Below, piece after piece: positions 53,861 to 64,000 of a stretch of DNA of 64,000 nt; position 1 is the first letter of the stretch, and each line of letters starts with the position of its first letter. The notes beneath the pieces were generated by a model. The model was not told where the DNA came from. It worked only from the letters and a program-made list of their open reading frames with translations, and ran no database searches. This DNA comes from Octopus sinensis. Taxonomy: Eukaryota. The stretch is from positions 50,902,001 through 50,966,000 of the forward strand of contig NC_043009.1 in the NCBI RefSeq assembly GCF_006345805.1, given 5' to 3'. The position numbers and the translations under genes were made by a program.

Positions 53861-54030
53861 TAACGGGCTTCTTTCAGTTTTCACCAACCACATCCACTCA
53901 CAACGATTTGGTCAGCCGGAGGCTTATAATAGAATAGAAGACACGCGCCAAAGGTACCATGCAATGGGATTGAACCTTGAACCATGCGGTTAGGAAGCAA
54001 GCTTCTAACCACAGAGCCATGCTTGCGACT
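53861..54030 (-). mobile_element. Family B SINE, 5' half
   Basis: acgggcttctttcagtttt...catccactcaca...ggaagcaagcttctaaccacagagcc. Confidence 0.8.
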
Positions 54031-54121
54031 ATTTATATATTTTTTGCAGTAAAAAAAAGAAAGAAAGAAAAAAATTCGAAAATGGTTTTTCTAGAATATC
54101 CATGTCCATTAAGGTCTAGAA

Positions 54122-54472
54122 CAGCGTTTCTGAACAGGGGTTACGCAAAAATAAAGCTTCCTAGGGGTTCCGCAAGAAAGAGTGATATAAGCTAATGCTA
54201 ATTTCCTGATCGTAATATTACTATACATGCAGAACATAACATATTGTTGGTTATTGTAATATTGTAATATACATCATCCTATCTAATCTACTATATTATC
54301 AAAAAATATAACAACGATATATATATATATACATATATATGATAGTTACTACGTGAACTATAATGAAAAAATATGAAAAAATATGAAAAAGATATGGTAT
54401 ATAATCTTTTTTGTGCAGGGGTTCCTTGAGACATGTAATTTATTTGAGGGATTAAGAGGTTGAGAATCATTG
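54122..54472. mobile_element. hAT (Charlie-like) MITE
   Basis: TIR-like CAGCGTTTCTGAAC / GGTTGAGAATCATTG and 8-bp TSD gtctagaa/gtttagag (nTCTAGAn-type target). Confidence 0.65.
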
Positions 54473-56602
54473 GTTTAGAGAGATGATAAAAATCATAAAT
54501 TTTCAATTAAGACATTTTTAGTAGCATTAATGAGTTTATGCTGTTAATGGGAGAACATTTTGAAAAACATCAATTTTTCAGAGTGAGAAAGAAACGAGGA
54601 AGGTGATCATGGGATATGCTAGAAACAACAGCCAAATCTCCCTTTAATCACATACCTTTCCGTCTGAAAATATTTATTCTGATTTTTTTTTTTTTTTTAC
54701 CGAAATCGCTTCTCGTATCGTTTTTAAGCGCCTAGTGCCCTAAAGAATCATTGTGTAATCGACTACAGAATCGACCAAAGTTGGTTCGGAGAGGGAAAGA
54801 TGGCAGGGAGAATTTTAAAACAATTTTGAAATTTTTCTTTTTCTTTGGTTAAAAATATGCTTCAGATTATTTCCAAGGGCACCACGAAAAAGACCCGAAA
54901 AATCCCCGCCAAAAACGGAAAAATTCCATTTTATGCAGGCTACCTGCCGCTGACATCCTACCCCTTGTACTGTAAATATGATGTTTGGAGACAAACGTCC
55001 CAATCACAAATCCTTGCAATTTGGAAAATGTTCAGCACGTAAGCCTTACATTCTGTAAATTTTTTAGCGCTAGCTATTTCCTGACAGTAAATGGTTTAAA
55101 CATTCTCTTAGAACCAACAAGTGTTCTTATTTAGTCCCACATCAGACGAAATCTGGAGAATGCGAACCATACCGGGGATACATTATTCGAGATGGTGACA
55201 TCAAAATGGCCGTCATTAAGACGTTCGCGTAGTTTTTTTTATCCAAAATTGATATTTTTTAATAAATATTTTCCTGTGAGTCTACTCCAAAAACTAACTG
55301 ACTCTAGTACTTCATCTTTGCATATTACTGCATCATTGTCCGAAGATAATAGAGTAAAACCGCCTTAAAAAGAAAAAAGACTGGATTTCTTTCTTTTTTG
55401 TTCTCCGTAAACGTTAGTACAATAAAAGGCATTGTCCTGTATGAATAGCTCTTTGCAATTCCTGCCGAAATGAAAAAAAATAATAATAATCTCTATATAT
55501 ATATAAATAAAATAAAACGAAAACATTTTCACTAAAGTATACAAATTCAATGTCATCAAAAGCATCTTTATAAACACATCCTCCATCTTATCCATTAAAA
55601 ACTTCAAACAAAGTAATAACTATAATAACCGCATTGTCCTGTGGGACCTAGACACGCTACCATTTTAGTTTTAGTTAATGGAAACCTTTTAAATGCTTTA
55701 TTGGAATCATTCAGATACAAACATGTCCGTATAAATAACACTAGCACTCTCTTTTATGTTTGTTAAAGGTTTACGTAATAAACTCTCCATTGTTCATAAT
55801 AATGTTGAACTATAATATCGGACATATAACATTTTTCAAAGGCGAATGTTCAATCATAATCAAATTAATCATATATAAATGTTTATTAAATAAGATACGT
55901 GCATATACAGTTAGATACATGCATACATACATACGCATGACGCCCTCCACACACACACACATTCATACGTACATACATGCATACATACCTACCTACATAC
56001 AAGCACATACAGATATACACGCACACACATACATGCATACATACGCACGTACATACATACATACATACATACATACATACATACATACATACATACATAC
56101 ATGCGCACGCGTGCACACGCATGCACACCCATGCATACATACCTACCTACATACAAGCACATACAGATATACACGCACACACATACATGCATACATACGC
56201 ACATACATACATGCATACATACATACATACATACATGCGCACGCGTGCACACGCATGCACAAACATGCATAGATACCTTCATACATACAAGCACATACAG
56301 ATACACACGCACACACATACATGCATACATACGCACGTACATACATACATACATACATACGCACGCGTGCACACGAATGCAAACACATGCATAGATACCT
56401 ACATACGTACAAGCACATACAGATACACACGCATACACATACATGCATGCATACGCACGTACATACATACATGCATACATACATACATATATACATGCAT
56501 ACATTCATACATACGTACATACATATGTACATACATACATACATACATACATACATACATACATACACACATACATACATATATACATACATGCATACAT
56601 AT

Positions 56603-56951
56603 AGAGTAAAGGGTAAAGACCCCTCTTTGGTCATGGATGACTATGAGATTGTACCTAGAAAGTTCCCCTCCGAGGCACAAGTCCAGACAAGGTTGTTTGT
56701 GGAAGACCAGCAGTCGCCCATGCATACCAGCCTCCACTCTCCACACCACCGATATTATCCAAGGGAAAGGCAACGGTCGATACAGTTTCACATCAGTGAA
56801 GTGGTAGCACATTTCTACAGATGAATAAACTGGAGCAACGTGGAATAAAGTATCTTGCTCAAGAATACGACACACAGCCCCGGTCTGAGAAACGAACTCG
56901 CTAACTCGCGCCTGTAAGTTCAACACTCTAACTACTGAGCCATGCGCCTTC
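56603..56951 (-). mobile_element. Full-length tRNA-derived SINE, family C
   Basis: gaaggcgcatggctcagtagttagagtg (A-box), gagttcgtttc (B-box-like), gtattcttgagcaagatacttt, tail ccctttac. Confidence 0.88.
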
Positions 56952-57366
56952 GAGCACATAGATATTTTTTATATTTTATCTTCTACTTGTTTGGCCGTTC
57001 TGGCGTACCCTCTTGAAGGGTTATGATCGAATCGACCACATGACTTAGTTTCTACAATCATTCAGATATACAGACGTCCGTATAAGTTTACATTAGCACT
57101 CACGTTTATGTTTGTTAAATCTTTACGTAATAAACTCTCTATCAGCGACATAAAGAAACCAATTGCCGTTGTCAAGCGGTTCACATATATCAAACACAGA
57201 TGGATCTTTTAGATCTTATGTGCAGGCTGTCATCCAGATCGTTTCTGTCATATGACTGCGGCCATGCTGGAGCACCGTCTTGAATGGTTTTGGTCGAATG
57301 AATCGACCCCAGGATATTTTTTTTTCAAGCTTAGTACTGATTCCACCGATCACTCTTGCTGAACTG

Positions 57367-57950
57367 CTAATTTACAGGAGTGTCGTTGCCGAGTCTGATG
57401 TCTCGGAGGTGTCCCGCGAACAGGTCAGCCAAGCGGCGTCCCGTTTGACCAATGTACAGAGAAGGACAGAGAGAGCAGGAGATGCAGTAAATGACGTTGC
57501 TAGAAGTGCAGGTGAAGGAGTCGGTGATGGGTGCCTGTGAAGAGGGTGATGTTGGAGAGGTAAGGGCAAGTGCAGCAGTGAGGGCGGGAGCGGGAGAACG
57601 CGCCGGATTGGGAGGTGGAGTTTGGGAAGAAACTGTGGACCAGGCGGTCACCGAGGTTGTGAGCTCGTTTGAAGGAGGGAAGGGGAGGGGTAGATTAGGG
57701 AAGATGTGCGAAGTGGAGGGGTCGGACTGGAGTCGCCGGAAGGCTCGGAGAATGGTGCGTTGGTGAGGTAGGGTAAATTGGTGGTAGGTGAGGGGAAACA
57801 GAAGACAGGTGACGGCGGGGCGGGTGCGGAGAGAGAGAGAGAGCAGATGCACAGTCTACGGAAGTGCTCTGGCAAGGGCGGAGTGGATAGTGGTGAGGTG
57901 GATAGTCGTGAGCCAGGAGTTGAGTATATACGTTTATCAATTTGTCTTGC
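57367..57950 (-). mobile_element. Penelope-like element fragment: RT thumb/linker and GIY-YIG endonuclease
   Basis: PLTYH...RAFRRLQSDPSTSHIF...FTCTSSNVIYCISCSLCPSLYIGQTGRRLAD contains the VIY...YIG motif. Truncated at 57367 by a family B SINE fragment. Confidence 0.9.
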
Positions 57951-58106
57951 AAGATTTCTGATGTGAAATCGTGTTTTGAAATAGAAATTGTTATATTTCG
58001 GGACGGTCATTTTTTTTCGCTAAATAAACACACGCATTATATACCTTTCCTTCACTCATTTGCTACATATTTGTTCTTATTTTGTTAATTTAACTCATGT
58101 CCGGTG

Positions 58107-58148
58107 ACCAGAAATCTTTCGTCACACATCTGTGACCTCTTCAGTGAC
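58107..58148 (-). ncRNA. Hammerhead-like motif (family W); degenerate homologue at 46012-46055(-)
   Basis: GTCA-CTGAAGA-G-GTCACA(GATG)TGTGAC-GAAA-GATT-TC-TGGT: canonical core, 6-bp stem II, weak stems I and III. Confidence 0.5.
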
Positions 58149-58414
58149 GCTTTTCGTTTTCGTGTGTATTCTTGCTCCACTTACTCCATTCTGAATAAGA
58201 AGAAAAGAAAGAAAAATGTCCTGAAATTATATAATGCACTACGGCACTGACGATATCTCTTAAGATTGAAATACCTACATGTCATTGGACTGCTGCTGCT
58301 ACTACTATTACTACTGCTACGGCTACTACAGCTGCTGCTGCTGCTACTACTACTACTGCTGCTGCTGTTACTACCACCACCTCCTACACCACCACCACCA
58401 CCACCACCACCACC

Positions 58415-58480
<66 letters not shown>

Positions 58481-58622
58481 AATGTACTGCCACTCTTGTA
58501 GCTGCTACAGCTGCTATTTTTGCTGTTGTTGCTGCCGCTGCCGCTGCTGCTACTGCCGCTAGTGTAGCTGCTGCTACTGCTACTGCAGTTCCTGCTTTTT
58601 ATGATGATGCTGCTGCTGCTGT

Positions 58623-58672
<50 letters not shown>

Positions 58673-61602
58673 TGATGATGATGATGATGACGATGATGAT
58701 GATGATGCCGCTGCTGATTCCACCCGAAACAAACACAAAATAGATGTGAAATTATTTTTTTCCTTTACAATGAAGGGACTCAACACATTACACATATATA
58801 CACATGTGCCTATGAGTATGTGTGCGTATCAAGTTATATATATATATATATACATATACTTATATATCCAAAGAGAAAGACAGAGAGACACTGACAAAGA
58901 GCGACAGAGAGGCCTATATCTATATTTGTCTGTGTCTGTGTCTGTGTGTACGTGTGTTTTCGCGTGCACGTGTGTCATATTTTAAAACGCATATATACGT
59001 TTAGACAGACAAGCAATGATACGTTCTCGCTTTCCTGAAAATAAATATAAATCGTGTATATAATAAAATATTACGTTCCGCGAAACAAAATGAAAAAGAA
59101 AAGAAAAAATACAAAAAAAATGGAACAAAAGATGAACAAATCCATTCTTGGTGACGAAGCGATGACATCAACTCTTTGAGAAAATTTCTCTTTGATGTTG
59201 AAGCAGAGATCCCTTGTAGTTGGTGTTTGCAAAATAACTGGTAGAGTGGAACAACACATCAATGAGTTGAGGGATAGAAAGGGATAGTTTTTTTAAGTAG
59301 CAATGGATTCTTTTTGATATAAAACCATCACCGCAAACAAAAGAAAAAAAATGCTTTAAATGTCTGTTTAAGCTTGTTTTTCTGTGTTCTGTTTGAATTT
59401 CTTCTTCTGTAATATTGTATTTATTGTTCTGTTTGTCTTAAAATTTGCGTCTTTTTTATTACATTTGTAACCTGTTTGGTTGAGACTTACGACGCCAATC
59501 GCTTGCAATGTCTTTTTCTTATACTGGCATTAACAAAACAATATAGAGCTGCTTTTTACCCGACATCGTGGTTACACTACTTACAGTTAACCGAAATGGT
59601 TGTTGTTGTCATTGTTAGCATTGTTATTTCGCCCTAGATCAACCTTGGTTGAATAACCCTAACATGCAAGGCATTCCAAGAACTACAAGCCAGTATTTTT
59701 AGGGATATCTAAAGTTACATTATCCAGTTTTTGCTTTTGTTTGTAACTGTAGGGTCTGATTTGAAAAAAGATTTTCCAGCTAATTCTAGGTAGTAAATCA
59801 ACTATATTTAACGTTCTCTCGTAGATAAGGAAACAAAATAGTGTTAAATATTTCTTGGTCACTAGATTATTCATCGCCTAAACAATTTTATCTACCTTCA
59901 CCAACCATTGTAGCATTCTCTACATCTACTTCGTTGTCTCTCAATCTCAACTTCGGTACATATCCTACAGTACCTGTTTAACTGAAGTAGCTGTAAATAG
60001 TCTTTCCTATTTAGACATGAGACCAGCAATTTTGCGAGGGAGGGCAGTAATCTATACCATCGACCTTAGTACGTGACTGGTATTTTATTTTGTCGATTTC
60101 AGAGATGTGAAAGGCAGACTCGATCCCGGTGGAAATTGAACTCGGAACTTAAAAGACCTGAATAACTGTAGCATATTATTTTTCCTAACGCTCTAACAAA
60201 TTTTGCCAGCTTAGCGTCCTTGACTAGTCCATAATAATTTCAAAACACCTCTGGAGCTACCAGCCGTACATGCTCAAATAATTAAAATAATATTAATTAT
60301 TGATAAATATTGATTTTACATTAACTAATAATTATTTCCGCTTCGGAACTTATGGCTACTTGCAATCAGCATGGAAGATTGGTTTGCCAACTAACAGATG
60401 TTTTTAGCAAAATACTATTACGAACTTGTCCAAAATCCAGTATTCGGTGATGCGAAAACACCAATAATATCATTTGAGTATGACAAGACTGGGAATCTGG
60501 CATGTTATGAATGGATTGTTAAGCTTTGACGGCCAAACTGTTCCCGAGTTATATTTTTTCTTTCTCCTGCTCTTCCTCCTCCTCATAGTCGTTACCGCTG
60601 TCCTCATTGCCATTATTATCATCATGAACATCTACTAACTACAACTTACAGATCCATTAAATAATATCATGAAATTGCCAGATATTTCGTCGATTATCAA
60701 TGTACTCAGTTCGTCACAGAACCACAGCCCATCATCAAGGTATTGACCATGCATTTGGAAGATTATCTACAGTTTAACTTCACCTGGATTAGCTTCAAGA
60801 TGATAAAATGGCCGACGACAAAATCTGTGTGCGGCAGACAGTATTAGGCAAGTTACAACTGCCTTTCCATTATCGTGTAAGTCAAGATAGAATATGGCCC
60901 TAGATTTCCTCATTGGTTACTTTCAGCTTGCAGTTGCCTTTGCAGAAGGGGTCTAGAGGGTCTGAATGCAGATATCGTAAACTAAATAAGGGGTTAAGTC
61001 TCAAACTTATAATAGTGGATTGTCTGAATTGCTGCAAAGTATATTCTCTTCTTGTGTTTTGCAGATAAGTTGGAGATCTTAATAGTCTGTTTATTGAATA
61101 ACTTCCAGAAACGATTTTATCGGAAATTGATGTCCTTTTACAAATCGATCAGATGTATGAAGCAGATACATCGATTTCAATCTGTGATTAAAACTGCGCC
61201 ACAACTTTGTCAACTTGCCAATAACTATGGCGGCATCAGTCGTTAACTTTGCAAACGATTTCTGAATACAGCAATATGAAATACTATACTTGGATTGGAC
61301 GTCTTGGCAATTCAAAATATTTCACTATATGACTGGTGTTAGGGCAGAATTTATAGAATGGTAGAATTTACCATACTGCACGGCGTTATTCCCTTTTATA
61401 TTCTGGCTTAACATCACGCTGGCATTTGCCAAATGCAGGGAAAAATATTAAGGACCGTACAAAAATTTGTCACTTTATGTCTCAGATGCAAACCAACGTA
61501 CAACACTTGGGTGTTTTGCCAGTATCTAAAAATTGGATGAATAAGACAAATGAGATGTCTTTGAACTGACGAGATGAATAATATACGTAACTAATATAGT
61601 TA

Positions 61603-62145
61603 CAGCGATCCCTCGTTACTTCGCGGTTCAACTATCGCGGATTCACGACATCGCGGATTTTAAGAATATATATATATATAAACGTCTAAAATTTTTTATT
61701 AAATCCATTAAGATATTAATAATAAATATTATTTCACAATGTTTTTGCAACCTCGCAAAAAAGAGCCAGTTCCTACTGTTACTTCTACGGTTGCACCTTC
61801 GGAAGATGTGGAAGAGGTGTCCCAGGAAAGGGCACCGCCGTCAGCTTCATCATCATCATTTCTACTGCGCAGCAAATTCATCATTCAAATTTTACTGCAA
61901 CGTCTTACGTTTTGAATACAGTAGCAATCTTAATTTTTTAAATCTAAAGTATTATTGCTTAACAGTTGCCCTTGTTATTAATAGACTACTGTAATGGGTG
62001 GGTTGTTAATAGTACAGAGAGGTGTTTTAAAAGTCTAAATTTAACGTTAAATAAATACTGTAAATATGGTGTCCCTTCTTCGTGAAAATTCAGTTATCGC
62101 GGCCGGTCTCGGAACCAATCTACCGCGATAAACGAGGGATCACTG
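61603..62145 (+). mobile_element. Tigger/pogo-family (Tc1/mariner) deletion derivative, 543 bp
   Basis: TA-CAGCGATCCCTCGTT ... AACGAGGGATCACTG-TA. Internal TMFLQPRKKEPVPTVTSTVAPSEDVEE resembles a Tigger transposase tail. Confidence 0.85.
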
Positions 62146-63178
62146 TACATGACTTGTACTCAAGTACTTGTGCAAAGGCTGTGAATTAGCAGATGTATTG
62201 GAGCCTCGAACAGAACGATAAGCTGTTTGTATACCAGCATATATGTATTCCAATCTAAAGATATATTATCAGTGCCATATTCATGAGCATTAGATAATTT
62301 CATGATTTTTCTTTTATAATCATTCTGATCGAGAGAAAAAGAATGATAAATGTACGCTTCGTATGTGCTGTAGCTTTCAGAGTGAATATTGAAATTCTAG
62401 TGTTTTCCGGAACTGTTCCAACTTAAAGCCTTTTTATTCTTGGTTTGTTGGCAGCTATTCTTCATGTGTATATTAATGGGACTTTTGTCAATCTAATATT
62501 GATTTTCAGCTGAGTTTGGTCCTAGAATCGAATCTATGACGTAATTATTGTGATACTTACATCTAAATCACGAAGCTATGCCTGTTCTACCTAGAGGATT
62601 GTGTGTGTGTGTGTGTGTAGCGGGGGTGTATGGATGTGTGTGTGCCTTGTAAATATTTATTGCGGAACACTGACGAGGTGAACTGCAACATAACATAATC
62701 ATAACGTAATTATATAATTCTTATGGCATTTTGATGAAAAAAGTGTTTGTTCTATAAAACATTGAATACCATACCTGTTTTCTTTAGGTGTGTGTGTGTG
62801 TGTATATATGTATATATTTATATATGTATATGTGTGTGTATGTGATCTTTCACTTGTTTCAGTCGTTGGACTTCGTCTATGCTGGGGCACCGTCTTCAAG
62901 AGTTTTAGTCGAACACACATCGATTTCAGTTCTTGATTTCTACATCGACTAATATTATCAGTTCATTTTGCCGAACCGATAATTTACAGGGACATAATCA
63001 AGCGAACACTAGTTGCATGGTGATGGTGGTGGCCGTGGTGGTCGTGGTGGTTATGGAGGGACACGGGTGCAAGCCAAACATAAAGGCATACATACATAAA
63101 TACATGCATACATACACACATACATACATACACACACATATATAGATATACACACACATACATGCATGCATACATTAT

Positions 63179-63593
63179 AGGTGCAGGTGTGGCTGTGTGG
63201 TACGGAGCTTGCTTCCTAACTATATGGTTCTGAGTTCAGCCCCACTGTGGGACCTTGGTCAGATGTCTTCTGTTATAGCCTTGGGTCGACCAATTTCTTA
63301 TAATCAGATTTCGTAGACGGAAACGGAAAGAAGCCCGCTGAATATACAGGTATATATATTTATGGGTGTGTGCCTTTGTGTCTGTGTTTGTCCCCCTACC
63401 ATCGGTGGAAACCGATGTTGGTGTGTTTATGTCACCGTAACGTAGCGGTTCGGCAAAATATACCGATAGAACAGGTACCAGGTTTACAAAGAATAAGTCC
63501 TGGCGTCGATTTCTTTGATTAAAACCCTTTAAGGCGGTGTTTCATCATGGCCGCAGTCTAATGACTTAACCATGTACAAGAAAAGAATAAAAA

Positions 63594-63596
<3 letters not shown>
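63179..63596 (+). mobile_element. Full-length diverged family B SINE
   Basis: aggtgcaggtgtggctgtgtgg head through ggccgcagtctaatgac and an A-rich tail. Confidence 0.9.
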
Positions 63597-63632
<36 letters not shown>

Positions 63633-64000
63633 CATATAACCATATAACACAAGACTTCTATAGTTTTTCACTCTATTTTTTTCTTTTTTATATATAGTGT
63701 ACTGTTCCGTGATGGAAAGATCAACAAAACAGACGACTTCTGGTGAGAGATAGATATCATTGAATAAGCACAATATATATTTTTGTGCTACTATTAGTTT
63801 CATGCGATGGAATCATGCCAGACAGCATTTTAAACATGTCTGATGTTTCAGCGCAATCTTCAAGCACTGTGCACATGGTATAACAAGCTAAAAATAGGGC
63901 GATAGGATGAGTGAAAAAAAAACGAGAAAATGCGAGTAAAAAGTGGGTATAAAAAGTGGAAGGTTGAAAAACCGAAAAACGAAAAAGGAAACAAAAAGAA

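Noticed and set aside
59071-59262. Minus-strand candidate exon after ...ctaccag
   Set aside because: No donor or homology evident, and the ORF ends in T-rich low-complexity sequence.

Overview
AT-rich, very microsatellite-dense animal DNA that is intergenic or intronic. The SINE and LINE families resemble those of Octopus; that species assignment is my inference. I could not support any host protein-coding exon, and nearly all ORFs in the track are translations of simple repeats. The window is a mosaic of tRNA-derived SINEs (at least 4 families, one expanded into a 184-bp tandem array) and fragments of CR1-group, Tx1/L1, R4/Dong, Gypsy and Penelope-like (PLE) retroelements. It also holds non-autonomous Helitrons, hAT and Tigger MITEs, a degenerate 5S rRNA copy and a 100-N gap. 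The main signal the ORF track misses is RNA structure: about 10 type-I hammerhead ribozyme motifs from at least 6 unrelated sequence families. They sit in short Penelope pseudo-LTR-like or retrozyme-like units, which are often arranged as fold-backs next to (TA)n tracts. The best-formed are an inverted pair at 18245-18466 and one with an extended stem I inside a 349-bp tandem/inverted unit at 22571-23133. Two motifs carry the compensatory U3-A8 core variant. All structures were folded by eye and none is tested.
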